Source: Octopus sinensis
Taxonomy: Eukaryota
Length of the DNA: 64,000 nucleotides
NCBI RefSeq assembly: GCF_006345805.1
Contig: NC_042997.1
Location: 39,060,001 to 39,124,000, forward strand
Direction: 5' to 3'
The position numbers and the translations under genes were made by a program. Positions 1 to 13,992 of this stretch are shown piece by piece. Positions within the stretch are counted from its first letter, which is position 1; every line of letters begins with the position of its first letter. A model generated the notes under the pieces. The model saw only the letters and a list, made by a program, of their open reading frames with translations. It was not told the origin of the DNA and searched no databases.

Positions 1-200
1 TACGTACATGCTCTCTGTTCTAAGAGAGGGACCCATAAAAGACAAATTAAACAGCTTCTCCTAAGCGCTGAGTAAGAGAGGCTATCGCTGGAGGCACGAT
101 CAGGTCGAGATCATCGCTGAGATAATCGGTAAGAGCAACAGTGACAGCAGAAACGTCCACGTTACAGCCAGAATGATAACCTTTTTGTTAAAGAAGGAGA
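1..200 (+). pseudogene. Degenerate fragment of an R2-superclade (HERO-like) non-LTR retrotransposon, zinc-knuckle region
   Basis: Manual translation gives CSKRGT...YRWRHDQV-IIAEII, resembling the CxxCxxRGTLEHIL...RYRWRHDQV motif of HERO-type elements. Frameshifted. Confidence 0.45.
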
Positions 201-782
201 GCGGCCTAGAAAATGACCCCCCAAAAGACTGTTAGTTTCTCTCTTGAGTGTGTGTGATTGCCTTTGGCTGGGCAATGTGTTCGGTGAAATAACTGCTGTC
301 ACTTTTGAGTTTAATGAAAGTTATGAGCAACGAATACCTTCTGAGTGGCTCTGTGCGATGACAAGGAACCACCAGGTACCTTGCAAATCGAGATTTAAGA
401 ATAAAATCCAAATTCACTCGCCTGTAAGCACTTCCAAGAAATATACTACCAGTTTGTTATGAGCTTTACAGCCATGAAAAAAAAGCAATAAGTCGGGTTT
501 ATTTAAGATGGGAAGAAAACGCCTGACCTCCACACTAGTATACAATGTCCACAAGTAGCCGGTTAATGCGTAAAATAACTCGTGAAGAAGCGGTGTTGTT
601 TCTTTTTCATATATAATTAAATTTTGCTGATCTTACTCGTGTTGACTTTCAAATATGCAGATTGAACATTCTGTGATATTGTCACTTTAGCTAGGCACAA
701 AAAATGGTAAAAGGCACATTTGCTGTTGCTGCCTAGAATTGTACCGTCCGTCTTTCCATAAGTCAAATATTTAATAATTACT

Positions 783-1187
783 CTCTCTTCTTTTTTTTTT
801 CTTTTACTTGTTTCAGTCATTTTGACTGCGGCCATGCTGGAGCACCGCCTTTAGTCGAGCAAATCGATCCCGGGACTTATTCTTTGTAAGCCCAGTACTT
901 ATTCTATCGGTCTCTTTTGCCGAAACGCTAAGTAACGGGGACGTAAACACACCAGCATCGGTTGTCAAGCAATGCTAGGGGGACAAACACAGCAGACACA
1001 CACATACATACATATATACATATATACGACAGGCTTCTTTCAGTTTCCGTCTACCAAATCCACTCACAAGGCATTGGTCGGCCCGGGGCTATAGTAGAAG
1101 ACACTTGCCCAAGATGCCACGCAGTGGGACTGAACCCGGAACCATGTGGTTGGTTAGCAAGCTACTTACCACACAGCCACTCCTACG
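783..1187 (-). mobile_element. SINE family B (tRNA-like head, CORE-like box, internal TA/CA microsatellite, AAAAGAGT tail)
   Basis: Reverse complement of GGCG(C/T)AGGAGTGGCTGTGTGG...CTTGGGCAAGTGTCTT...GACTGAAACAAGTAAAAG. More than 15 copies in the window. Confidence 0.9.
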
Positions 1188-2257
1188 CCTATTTATATTT
1201 ACTCTATATTTCCTATATTTACCCATGCTCAGATGAACGAAGCCACGTAGAACTCATTTTACTTCAACTTTTCTTTGACATTAAAAAAAAATTCTACGAG
1301 CTCCACATACTTTTTGGAGTATACTTACAGACTGATAACCACATACATACATCTTATGCATTCACACTTAAGCTTTCATAAATGCACAGATCTAGCAGAA
1401 AACTAAAAATAAAAAGGGTCAATGAAAAGAACAATAAAGAAGTATTTTAATCGGTAAATAAAAAACACCGTAGAGATATGGAAGAAGTTATTCACTAACA
1501 GTCCATAATCTCATATAAAATCCGTTCTGTCTGCCTGTCTTTGTGTGTATCTTCTCGGATCTCGGGCATCCTCCATCCGATTGCGCTCAAATTTGATATG
1601 TAGATACCGACCGTATCAGGGCGTGTATAAATCTTGAAAAAATTACAAAAATCAATTCCAGATGAGAATGCGATCGATAAAGCCATTTTTGTCCTGCTTT
1701 TCTTCCGTCAACCTGTACATAGCTGCACCTTCCATTTTTTTTTTTTGTTTTTATACTGCTTAAAGGCACGTTTCTTTCCTGCCAAGCTTACTGTTTAAAC
1801 CATGTTTGTGTTCTCCCAGTCAACAGCCTTATCATTACTGGTAATTTAAACTCTTCGGTTGCATATTTGCGTGAATAAAATCGTTTTTCTTTGCAAAAGA
1901 AAAAAAGTCTATCTTTATTTCTTCTTTTGCTGGTGTCTCAAATTTAGGTTAAATCAGTGTTTCTCAAAGGGGAGGCCTATGGGATGGTCGGACAAGTTGT
2001 TTTGAGAAAATTTGGGTTACATATTTGACAACTCAGCACCGTCCATTGGACGGGGGGGGGCGATTTGCTCGTTTGTTTATATTATCGATAGTGATTTGTG
2101 AACAAATTACTTTCTATTGGCTTCATTTATGTGTATTTGAGGCTTTAAATAGCTACAACATGCTGGTCGGTGTCGTACAAGACATTTGCAATATATGTGT
2201 TCTGCGTCGCAGAACTGTACAGACATACCAAAGCACTTTCAGTGCAGGAACCCGCAT

Positions 2258-2427
2258 ATATAGGCGCAGGAGTGGCTGTGTGGTAAGTAGCTTGTTTACC
2301 AACCAAATGGTTCCTGGTTCAGTCCCACTGCGTGGCATCTTGGGCAAGTGTCTTCTACTATAGCCTCGGGCCGACCAAACCCTTGTGAGTGGATTTGGTA
2401 GACAGAAACTGAAAGAAGCCCGTCGTA

Positions 2428-2477
<50 letters not shown>

Positions 2478-2705
2478 TGTGTGTGTTTGTGTGTCTGTGT
2501 TTGCCCCCTAGCATTGCTGGACAACCGATGCTGGTGTGTTTACGTCCCTGTCACTTAGCGGTTCGGCAAAAGAGACCGATAGAATAAGTACTGGGCTTAC
2601 AAAAGAATAAGTCCCGGGGTCGAGTTGCTCGATTAAAGGCGGTGCTCCGGCATGGCCGCAGTCAAATGACTGAAACAAGTAAAAGAGTAAAAGAGTAAGA
2701 GTAAA
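2258..2705 (+). mobile_element. SINE family B, full length
   Basis: Same consensus, with an expanded internal (TA)n. Confidence 0.9.
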
Positions 2706-2893
2706 GAGTATAGTTACCACCGTGATCCGAAATTATCTTTTATTTTAAAAAACTCTGCAATATTTCGTGGATGTTGACAAATATTCTTCTTCGTAATATC
2801 CTATTTAATAAAAATATTTCTCCGATTGTTATTGGTCTTACTGAGGAATCGAAAGAAACGGCAGCAGATCGAATTAAACGTTTTATATTTACA

Positions 2894-3130
2894 AATACCT
2901 ATTTCTTTATTACCCACAAGGGGCTAAACACAGACGGGACAAACAAGGACAGACATAGGTATTAAATCGATTACATCGACCCCAGTGCGTAACTGGTACT
3001 TAATTTATCGACCCCGAAAGGATGAAAGGCCAAGTCGACCTCGGCGGAATTTGAACTCACAACGTAACGGCAGACGAAATACGGCTACGCATTTCGCCCG
3101 GCGTGCTAACGTTTCTGCCAGCTCGCCGCC
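2894..3130 (-). mobile_element. SINE family C (tRNA-like head, Meta/MESC-like core), with TSD
   Basis: Reverse complement of GGCGGCGAGCTGGCAGAAACG...GCCTTTCATCCTTTCGGGGTCGATAAATTAAGTACCAG...AAGAAATAGGTATTT. TATATTTACAAATACC is repeated on both flanks. Confidence 0.88.
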
Positions 3131-3608
3131 TTATATTTACAAATACCATTTTTGTTAATCCTGTCACTGTCGATTTTGACGTTCATTCCTCCATTATCGA
3201 TAAAATAATAACCAGTCAAGTACACTGATAGACTCGATCGACCTCAGATGGATAAAAAGCAAAGTTGATATCGGTGGGATTTGAACACAGAACGTCGAGG
3301 ACCGTAACTAAATACCGGTCATCATTTTCTTAGTGGTATGCTGATTCTGCAATAGCACGCACTCACTTGCACAGACATAAACAGACGCCCACGGCTATGA
3401 TGTACCTGTGCATATCATTTCAATTGGATAGTATTTACAAAAGTGACAGCTTTACTACAATGGAGAGGATGGCTGATACTTACTGTATGAGAAACAGAAA
3501 AGTTAATATAGAAACTGTTACTGGTGAACAATGGGGGTTTGATAGATGGGGTCAGATCTCAGAAGCTTGGTCGCTTACGATAACGTGACGTAGTATGAAG
3601 ATGGCTGT

Positions 3609-3662
3609 ATATATATATATACACATATATACATACATATATATATATACATATATATATAC

Positions 3663-3711
<49 letters not shown>

Positions 3712-3715
3712 TAAT

Positions 3716-3808
<93 letters not shown>

Positions 3809-3840
3809 ATATATATATAAACATATATATATATATGTGT

Positions 3841-3878
<38 letters not shown>

Positions 3879-3910
3879 TGTGGTGTGTGGTGTGTGTGTG
3901 TGTGTGTGTG

Positions 3911-3944
<34 letters not shown>

Positions 3945-3945
3945 A
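3609..3945. repeat. Compound (TA)n/(TG)n/(TATG)n microsatellite
   Basis: Seen directly; explains ORFs 3552-3824 and 3559-3810. Confidence 0.95.
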
Positions 3946-4574
3946 CTATCTGCAGTTTAACGTTCGAGTAAACATTAGCACAATGACGAAAGCAATAACT
4001 CTATAAGAAGATGACAGTATTGTTGACATTTGTGGCTGCGATGAGGAAAATGTTGTTGAGATGATCATAAATGATATTGATGAGGAATGGTTTAATGTAT
4101 TTGTGGGTCTGTAATTACGTTTTCAATGTTTAACAGTTTTCATGTTTGTAAAAGTAAGACTAGTTCTTTCATTGAGGCAATTTGTATGCATTTCTTAGTG
4201 AGAATTGAACTGTATCAATCAGGTAAACTAGAGTAAAAAAATATCGTAGGGTTTCACATGTGCAATATAATGAGTTGATAAACTTCAATCAACTAAAATC
4301 ATCCAAAGACATTTACAAAAAGGAAATACCTCTACGGATGCTTCATATTTAAAAAGAGCAATGAAGAATGATAATTCCAATAAGATCAGTTCACCGAAAT
4401 TTTTTAACAATATAGACAATGCAGACTGGTATGTATCTGATCTTTAAAGGAAACTGGTGAAGATTACGGTCATGTTTCTGCGTTATTTGTCCTCATCTAT
4501 GAAGTATATTTATGATAGGACACTTATCCAGCAGAAACACGTGTTGGATTGGAATTTTATATATATATATATAT

Positions 4575-4815
4575 GAAGGCGCATGGCTCAGTGGTTATAG
4601 CCTCAGACTCACAACCATGAGGTAGTGAGTTCGATTCCTGGATTGGGCTGTATTGACCTTTGCCTTTCCTTTGGATAATATCGTTGGTGTGGAGAGGAAA
4701 GGCCGGTATACATGGGCGACTGCTGGTCTTCCTAAACCTTGCCTGGGCTTCTTCCTTCGAAGAGAACTTTGAAGGCGCAATCTCATGGTCATTTATGACC
4801 GAAGGGGGTCTTTAC
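4575..4815 (+). mobile_element. SINE family E (tRNA-like head), internally deleted copy
   Basis: GGCGCATGGCTCAGTGGTT...GAGTTCGATTCC A/B-box head. Body is shared with the 23611-23940 copy. Confidence 0.75.
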
Positions 4816-4817
4816 TT

Positions 4818-5050
4818 TGTATGTATGTATGTATGTATGTATGTATGTATGTATGTATGTATGTGTGTATGTATGTATGTATGATGTGTGTATGTATGTA
4901 TGTATGTGTGTATGTATGTATGTGCGTATGTATGTACATATATATTATGTATATATATATATAATATATATATATATAATTATATATATAATATATATAT
5001 ATATATATAGTAGAGAAGAGAGAGAGAGAGAGAGGAGAGGAGAGAGAGAG
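4818..5050. repeat. (TATG)n/(TA)n/(GA)n microsatellite
   Basis: Seen directly. Confidence 0.95.
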
Positions 5051-5297
5051 GCAGTTATGCGGATAAACATATTAGATACATTAAATATATCATATAATAT
5101 TTTTTAACGCATCTAATTTGTTTATCCACATAATTTCCTCTATACACGCTCAACTTGATCCCTTTTATAGCCTTTTATGTGAAATTGATCCCCTGCAATG
5201 GCATCAGAGTCTAAGTTTCAAATCTTTTGAACACTACTAAGTGTCTTCTCTATGGAAAATCTCTGAATCTCATCTGTGGACTATATATATATATTTG

Positions 5298-5678
5298 GGA
5301 AGCACTCCGTCGGTTACGACGACGAGGGTTCCGGTTGATCCGAATCAACGGAACAGCCTGCTCGTGAAATTAACGTGTAAGTGGCTGAGCACTCCACAGA
5401 CACGTGTACCCTTAACGTAGTTCTCGGGGATATTCAGCGTGACACAAAGAGTGACAAGTCCGGCCCTTTGAAATACAGGTACAACAGAAACAGGAAGTAA
5501 GAGTGAGAGAAAGTTGTGGTGAAAGAGTACAGCAGGGATCACCACCATCCCCTGCCGGAGCCTCGTGGAGCTTTAGGTGATTTCGCTCAATAAACACTCA
5601 CAACGCCCGGTCTGGGAATCGAAACCGCGATCCTATGACCGCGAGTCCGCTGCCCTAACCACTGGGCCATTGCGCCTC
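5298..5678 (-). mobile_element. SINE family A (tRNA-like head), full length
   Basis: Reverse complement of GAGGCGCAATGGCCCAGTGGTTAGGGCAGCGGACTCGCGG...GGTTTCGATTCCC...CGTAACCGACGGAGTGCTTCC. Six near-identical copies. Confidence 0.92.
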
Positions 5679-5883
5679 TTTCGAAAAGAATTTTATCCTC
5701 ACATGTGATATATATATATATATATATAATATATTATATATCTATATATATATATTATATATATATATACATAAGATATACCAAATGCTTGACTCTGAAC
5801 ATTCGTGATATCAATGCTCAATGTGTTACTTAGCTCAATCTGAAACTTCTAATTCTGCAAAAACCCAACCTTTAATATCTCTC

Positions 5884-5916
<33 letters not shown>

Positions 5917-6089
5917 GCTCTATATATATATATATCTATATATATATAGAGAAGAGAGAGGAGAGAGGAGAGGATGGAAGAGAGAGAGAAAGAGACTTTG
6001 CATCACCTAGCTGTCCGGATGTTTTGCATTCTTGTCCCATTTTGTATTTTATATATCTATATATATATATTAGAATGATAAAAAGTTAT

Positions 6090-6108
6090 ATAGGTAGATA
6101 GATAGAGA

Positions 6109-6168
<60 letters not shown>

Positions 6169-6194
6169 TAGATAGATAGAAGATAGATAGATAG

Positions 6195-6245
<51 letters not shown>
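6090..6245. repeat. (GATA)n/(GACA)n microsatellite
   Basis: Seen directly. Confidence 0.95.
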
Positions 6246-6248
<3 letters not shown>

Positions 6249-6470
6249 TAGGAAAATGTGTTGTTGAAAACGCACTTAAATTTCCAAAGCTCGAAAATTT
6301 TAAAATACATTATTTACATATATACCAAACTAGTTTCAACAATATTTTTTATTTATTTATCAATGGTAAATATTGTTGAAACTAGTTTGGTATATATGTA
6401 AATAAATGTATTTTAAATATTTCGAGTTTTTTTAATTTAAGTTCATTTCCAACAACACATTTTCCTATAT
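6246..6470. mobile_element. Fold-back (hairpin) MITE-like element
   Basis: About 100-bp imperfect inverted arms (ATATAGGAAAATGTGTTGTTG...CAACAATATTT and its reverse complement) around a short spacer. Confidence 0.65.
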
Positions 6471-6503
6471 TGTTCCTGCGTGGAACACACACTCCCTCTT
6501 TTG

Positions 6504-6615
<112 letters not shown>

Positions 6616-6745
6616 AGATACGATTGGTAAATTGTCGACATTTTATATTTTTAATTTCATGCATGCGCATTCTTTGTTTTTGATTTTGTCGACTACACAA
6701 TGTAGTAGGGTGAGTTGGGCACCGCCTGTGAGGAAAATAGCACCA

Positions 6746-7775
6746 TGACACAATTCACTCTGCCAGAAATTTAGAGACGATATGCTGTACTTCTTGGCAT
6801 TTGCGCCGGAGGTTCCTGTACGAACATTTCAGAGTGTTTGGGTGTCATTCTGGGGTTAGAGGAGAAGATTCGGAAAGGAAAGAGTTGGATGAGTCTAATG
6901 ATGGTTACGAAGGTACGTTAACTCATAAAACTCACTCTGATAGTTCTGATAGGAAAAGACGTCCTGAGATCCAGACCATGATTGACAACGATCCTGCCAA
7001 ATCAATCAGGTTCATCACCAGGGACATGGGAGTGTCTGAGTTTCTTATCAGGCAGGTAGTGTGTGAAGATATTCGGTATTCCTCATACAAGATGAGAACG
7101 GGCCAATTTGTATCCCAAGCCATCAAGGACAAGAGGAAAGACTGCGCCACGAAGCGTTTGAACGAACTCAAACATCCCCTCCAACCGAGCATGTTTTGGT
7201 TTTTCTCAGACGAACAAAATTTTTGCCAAGATCAAATAGTGAACACACAGAACAACCGTTGGCTTGCCGTGTTCCCAAAACATGTATCGAGAGTGATAAA
7301 ATTCAAACATCCAGTCAACATCATGGTGTTTAGAGTGATAGTTAGTGATGGCGACGTTATGCCTCCATTCGTCTTCCCACAAGGCCTCACAATCAATACT
7401 GAGGCTTACATCAAGCGCCTGGAGTGGGTAGTGTTGCCCTGAGTCAAGAGGGTGGCTGCTGGAAGATCCTATGTCTGGCAACAGGACTCTGCACCATGCC
7501 ACACAAGCAGGGGAGCCCAGTCATGGCTGTCAGACAATTTCTCCGACCACACCACCCCTAACAACTGGCTACCTAACTCCCCAGACTGCAACCCACTTGA
7601 TTATTATGTGTAGGGTGCAGTTGAGTGAAAGACCAACAAAACTCCTTGTAGCACCAAAGATGAACTGAAGGCAAGGATTATGGCAGCAGTCACCAATTTA
7701 AACAAGGAGACCGTTCCAGGAAAGTTGCAAGAGATTCCGAAGTCATCTGGAGGCCGTGGTTGAAGCCAATATTAG
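6746..7775 (+). pseudogene. Tc1/mariner transposase pseudogene, DD37D (maT-type)
   Basis: ORF 6801-7442 contains FWFFSDE. The same frame continues past TGA as YVWQQDSAPCHT...PNSPDCNPLDYYV, with 37 residues between the 2nd and 3rd D. Several stops and a terminal frameshift. Confidence 0.9.
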
Positions 7776-8099
7776 CACTTACGGTATTAATACGTACATT
7801 CTGCCTTTCTTCTAAACTATATTTCTGTTCTCATGTGTATTCCACATGTGGTTGTGTTAGTTTTGTTTTGGAAAAATATGTCACTTATGTAATCTTCATG
7901 AAAATGAACACAGTTGCTATTTGTGCGGTCAATGTAGTTAATATTATTTTCATAATAGTAAAGTATGTAACTAGTGATAACTAGCGATTCTATTATTAGA
8001 AAAAGAAACTTATTCGCAGTTTTCGACACAGTGACATATGTTAAATTGTAATGCATTTAATTTTGGTTGGTTTTGCTTATACTATTTCTTTCTTTACTA

Positions 8100-10330
8100 G
8101 TTTGTTTATTTTCCGATGTTGAATCACTACGTTGATTGAATGGGTAGGCGGAATGGTTTTGGAAAATTCATCCGCCACAGTTTTCTATATGATGACTACT
8201 CAGGGGAGTTTGCATTTGGTTTCCTGATCTGTTCGCGGTGAACTGTCATTCATTTTTCCGAGTAGTATACCTTTGTCTAACGTTGTGTTACTGGCAACCT
8301 GCACATATTAAAATGTGTATTAGATATCTGAATAACGTGAAAAATTGATTTTAATAAAGAAAATAGATCCTTCTTTGAACTGGAATTCAGGTTGAGCATG
8401 AGATTGCAGCTAGTAGGCAACAACATATTTTACGTCTTGTTTTTGTTTGTAACTTTGCATTTGCTCCGATCGCTTTTAATGGTTCCATTTGCCTTTTGCT
8501 TTCTGTGACTGGACGTTTTTTATGTTTTAGTCCCCATATTAATATTTGAAGGTTTAAATGGATATTACTAAAGACTTCGGCGTCCTTTGGGGTAACATTT
8601 AAAATATATCACATAACAGTTTTTAATTATTTTGTTTTTACTAGTTGTTCCAGGATGTTGCTCTGTTTTTTAATTGGTTAAATTTAGAGGTCATTCTCCT
8701 TTTATCAAGTAGTTTTTCATTTCTTCTAATCTGAGCTCATTCATCGTAAGATTTGAGACTTCTGTGCAGATTCGTTTTGCTAAACGTATGGAATATTAAT
8801 TCGAATGTTTCGGAAAGCATGAAGTAAATAGAAGGTATTGTCATGAGTCGGTGGGGTTAAAATATATAACGGATCCTAATGTTGCTTCTTCTGTTATTAG
8901 TATTCTTAGGAAAGGAGTTTTTTGTTGCTAAACTCAATAGTAAATTTGATGTAAGTGGTTATATTGTTGATGGGAGTTTAAAATATGTTCACTTTAACGA
9001 GATTCCTCCATACAATAACACATTTGTACAGGAGTTTTCTTCATTTTTCTAAATTCGTCACTAAAAATCTTGTGAGTACTGTTCATTGACTTTCAGTTTA
9101 TGGCATCTCACGGCCAGGTTGGTATATGCTGGAGCAATTGTTGTTTCCATGGCTGTTCTTGATTTTTTTTTTTTTGTCTATCATTTGTTTCAGCGAATGT
9201 GAAGTAATTGTTTCTACATAAACTGAAGGACACCTACAATAAATTTCCTATCAAGAAGTTCCAGTATTTCATAATTAAATGAGACTAGTTAGTATCCGTT
9301 AGTTTCGATTCTGTTAATTTACATGTCATAATATATTTTCGTTCAATGTATTACGTAGTTCGTTGAGCATACCAAGATCATCTTGTATAAAACTTGTATG
9401 ATATTTAGGGAACGTTTAAGCAAAATATCAAGGAAATTATTTAAACGATGTCTCACAATGTATCTCATTTTTAAATAAGTTGATTAGGTGATATTCACAC
9501 AATTAATAATGGTCTTTTCGTATGTGTCATTAATTAGTTTATTCTTATATATTTTGATAGAACGTAGAAGCTAATCGTTTTCTGTTTAAAATTTGTAAAA
9601 TAATCTAGTTCTTTGTAAGTGAAACAATTTCTAAATAGCAAACAATTTCTATCGCGGTGAGTAGTTTCGCAGTTTTAACAGGCTTGTAATTAGTAGTTTC
9701 TTCAAAGTACGTATTGTTTTGTAATTTATTCAATACAATACTTGTGTGGTATTATGCAACAACAGAACATCCTTTTGTCGGCTTCTTGTAAAATTATATT
9801 TCTACCTAGTTTTAAGTTGATCCGATGGCTCAATTGTTGTCTGCTAAAGTTAGATTTTGCTTGTTTTGTCATCACGTTCTTCTTTTTACAGAAGTATCCC
9901 TATGGTCGTTTCTGTTTAATTCAATTTGAGAAAACAGACGCTGAGTTTGAGCTTATGTAAATAATTCTGGAGAAAGCAGTCACATCATAAGGAACGACGA
10001 CAAAGAACATAGATACTTCATGGAGAATGAAGCCTATAATCTAAGATACAGAAGGCATTTCAGACAGAACCAAAGTCACTACAAAGGACATAACAAAATT
10101 TTTAAAAAACTGGAATTTACAGTATCTGCAAAAACAACAGGTAAGTAACATTAATATGAATAATGTAGAAGATACTCATTCCAAAAATCATTTTTAGACG
10201 AAATCAAGAAGTACAGAGTTACGAGATGGATTCCTGTCAAGAAAAACCAAAATCAATCAGTCACTACGTAGCACATTAAAATTGACACCGACTACTCAGA
10301 AATCAAACATAATTCAGAATTCTGAAGAAA
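8100..10330 (-). mobile_element. Penelope-like retroelement remnant (RT plus GIY-YIG)
   Basis: Manual minus-strand translation: NNFLDILLK, MLNELRNTLNENII and AMETTIAPAYTNL (RT motifs); MTVHREQIR near 8240 (GIY-YIG region). Heavily decayed, boundaries approximate. Confidence 0.65.
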
Positions 10331-10354
10331 AGTTAGACTAGCAAGACATTTTTT

Positions 10355-10485
<131 letters not shown>

Positions 10486-11043
10486 GGTAATGAAGAGTAA
10501 AATTTAATTAAGATAAAGCGCTATAGCATAAGAATTAAAATCCATGGAATTAAATGGTATTATATTATATAATCAATTGTTAATTGCTTGGTGGCCGTGA
10601 AGAAATTAGATAACATAGTGATTAAATTATATATTGATCTAACAAACCTTAATGAGGTTATTGAACGTGCGCAATATCGCCTTTCTACAAATGAGGAAGT
10701 TGCTGCTAGAATTCCATTTGCAAGGTTCGGTTGAGTTAACACATGATTAACCAATGTCAAGTGAGTAGTATTTACAACCCTTAAAGTTGTCGTTCACGGG
10801 CAATGAGGCCTTGACTGCTTAGTCGTTCACGGGCAATGAGGCCTTGACTGCTAAGTACGAATCATGTTTAAGTCACGCACTCTCAAAAAATACGGCAAAA
10901 GAATTACTGCTTGGCATAGGATGTAAACAAACATGATTGAACTGATTCACAAATGTGATACCTAAGTAAGAAAGCAGCAATGGCAGACATTTAACTCAAT
11001 ATCAGTGCCTGGGTTATCATGGTACACTGACGGGGAAGATTTA

Positions 11044-11441
11044 TCTTTATATATAAAAGTGAAGTTGTGTGTCTGTCTCCTACGATTTAGATTCCTAACT
11101 ACTCCCACATTTTGCGGTGCAGTGTAACTAAAAGCGGGTATCTTATAGTCGTGATTCATATCGAGCCCTTCTGGGTATTAGCGCGCGTCTACGATTAGTC
11201 TACGATTTTAAAAAAAATTTACCATCAATTTTTCCCATTTTTTAATGCATTTTTTTGCTATTATATAAGGGAAGTAACTCTCTAAAAATGTATTATTAAA
11301 TCTCAGAACGTAAAAAGCTACAGTAACACACACCCCTTTGTGGTTAGCCATATCGAGATGGCTATTATACTTTACATCTCTAAAAATGCTTATATAGTTA
11401 TTTCCCTTACAAACCCGAGCAACGCCGGGCGATACTGCTAG
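11044..11441 (+). mobile_element. Non-autonomous Helitron (family D)
   Basis: 5' TCTTTATATATAAAA, 3' hairpin CCCGAGCAACGCCGGG followed by CTAG, inserted between A and T, no TSD. Confidence 0.88.
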
Positions 11442-11959
11442 TTTATCTATAAGAACTTACGTGTGACTACAGTAGATTTACTGAATGTGCTAAACTGATG
11501 AGCGACACGAAGCTTCAAACAGTCTTAAACCACTATAAAACTCAGTTTAGAATATATGATATTCCAGTGAAATTTTATAACAGGTTGGCGTGTACCTGAA
11601 AGACAATGACATGGTGTTGTTTAAGGATTTCTTCAACACCTAGCTGTTTTAAGCATAGAACTTCCAGCCCATATATTGACAATTTAATGACATGTTAAAG
11701 TTGGAATTTTGAAATCACCACTAGCGAAAGCAGATGATCCATACCTTCCAGTTTTCCTCTTCGGACTCCAGGGATTTACTGAATCGTTACTTCCTACCTC
11801 TAATCTCCAATTACGACCAGCTAATTCTGACTGCTCATAATTTACCTAATAGCAAAGACAGCAATGGCTAAACTGTAATTTAGAAAATCAACCTAAGATC
11901 TACCCCCTTCTCCAACTAACAAGATGGGAAATAATACGAATGGCTACCAATGATCATAC

Positions 11960-12370
11960 TCTCTTTACTCTCTTTTACTTGTTTCAGTCATTTGACTGCG
12001 GCCATGCCGGAGCACCGCCTTTAGTCGAGCAAATCGACCCCGGGACTTATGCTTTGTAAGCCCAGTACTTATTCTATCGGTCTCTTTTGCCGAACCGCAG
12101 TGACGGGGACGTAAACACACCAGCATCGGTTGTCAAGCAATGCTAGGGGGACAAACACAGACACACAAACATATACACACACACTTATATATATATATAT
12201 ACATATATACGACGGGCTTCTTTCAGTTTCCGTCTACCAAATCCACTCACAAGGCATTGGTCGGCCCGGGGCTATAGCAGAAGACACTTGCCCAAGATGC
12301 CACGCAGTGGGACTGAACCCGGAACCATGTGGTTGGTTAGCAAGCTACTTACCACACAGCCACTCCTGCG
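11960..12370 (-). mobile_element. SINE family B
   Basis: Consensus match. Confidence 0.9.
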
Positions 12371-13123
12371 GGTATTTAAAAAAAGAGAAGCATTTCTGCT
12401 AGTCGGGGATACGTAAACAGATTTTCCCAATTACTTATATCAACAGACTTTGCTGTTGACCAACCACACAGAATCACGTTCAATCTCCGAACCAAAAGCC
12501 AAAAGCTATTTGTAGTCACAAATAGTAAATAACTCCTTGCCTTAAATTCCTGGTTCAGATAGAGAACCGACTGTTTACTACCATTTGTATAGTAATTTTG
12601 TATGGTTCACATGATATCATTTATATTCTGTTATTCTCCATCTAACAAAATGTTTGTAACGTATTTTTTCTCTTACAGTAGAAGTAATTATTTATTCATC
12701 AATGTAAAGCATAGGGTTAAGTTTAAATCCTATAATAATTTAGCATTCCAGTATTTTGTATGAAAGGAATTTTTTCCTCTCGTCGTCTGTATAAATCTTC
12801 ACTGAAACTCATAAACTGAAAGCTCAAGTCTTGTTATGGAAAAGTACTCCATATTGTCGTTTCTTTTTTCCATCTTCTGTAAAAGCTTGCTCTGATATCT
12901 TTATATATCGCATCGATACACCAAAAGAAAATAATGATTTAGACTAGGAGAGATGAAACAACAGAAGGAAAATAGCATGTCACATGACTCATGAAAAATA
13001 TATTAATGATAATAAAAGTTAAGCATCATTCTAAATCAGGGATTAAAAGTGCAAAAAGAATCGTCTCCATTCCTGATTCTAAACGTCGTCAGTGGTGGTG
13101 GTGGTGGAATAATAGGAAAGGAA

Positions 13124-13477
13124 GTTCCGGTTGATCCAATCAACGGAACAGCCTGCTCGTGAAATTAACGTGTAAGTGGCTGAGCACTCCACAGACACGT
13201 GTACCCTTAACGTAGTTCTCGGGGATATTCAGCGTGACACAGAGAGTGACAAGGCCGGCCCTTTGAAATACAGGTACAACAGAAACAGGAAGTAAGAGTG
13301 AGAGAAAGTTGTGGTGAAAGAGTACAGCAGGGATCACCACCATCCCCTGCCGGAGCCTCGTGGAGCTTTTAGGTGTTTTTGCTCAATAAACACTCACAAC
13401 ACCCGGTCTGGGAATCGAAACCGCGATCCCACGACCGCGAGTCCGCTGCCCTAACCACTGGGCCATTGCGCCTCCAC
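13124..13477 (-). mobile_element. SINE family A, slightly 3'-truncated
   Basis: Consensus match. Confidence 0.9.
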
Positions 13478-13617
13478 GGTGGTAGAATACTACTGTACAA
13501 TAAAGGCTAGTTTCATCTTTACTACCGTTTGAATTCATTTTCCAGATTAAAAAACATCGAATTCATTAAACGACGACTGTAACTACTCATTTCCCAATAC
13601 ACGTTTTTTGCAAAAAC

Positions 13618-13992
13618 ATACTCTTTACTCTTTTACTCTTTTACTTGTTTCAGTCATTTGACTGCGGCCATGCTGGAGCACCGCCTTTAGTACAGCAAAT
13701 AGACCGCGGGACTTATTCTTTGTAAACCCAGTACTTATTCTATCGGTCTCTTTTGCCGAACCGCTAAGTTACGAGGACGTAAACACACCAGCATCGGTTG
13801 TCAAGCAATGCTAGGGGGACAAACACAGACACACAAACACACACACACAGTTTCCGTCTACCAAATCCACTCGCAAGGCATTGGTCGGCCCGGGGCTAAA
13901 GCAGAAGACACTTGCCCAAGATGCCACGCAGTGGGACTGAACCCGGAACCACGTGGTTGGTAAGCAAGCTACTTACCACACAGCCACTCCTG
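13618..13992 (-). mobile_element. SINE family B, internal deletion
   Basis: Consensus match lacking the TATACGACGGGCTTC segment. Confidence 0.88.

Noticed and set aside
962-1381. Recurrent [12 protein letters not shown]... ORFs
   Set aside because: Antisense read-through of SINE family B.
5345-5548. 67-aa ORF MVVIPAVLFHHNF... repeated at six loci, suggesting a gene family
   Set aside because: It lies within SINE family A; conservation reflects young copies, not coding.
5600-5678. tRNA genes at SINE heads
   Set aside because: A/B boxes are present but continue into SINE bodies without a complete cloverleaf.
10575-10735. Protein-like frame ...KLYIDLTNLNEVIERAQYRLSTNEEVAARIPFARFG*
   Set aside because: Short, no start or splice support, no recognised family.
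10789-10853. 33-bp tandem duplication; similar short repeats at 29038, 43636, 54283 and 55797
   Set aside because: Ordinary slippage duplications with no sign of function.
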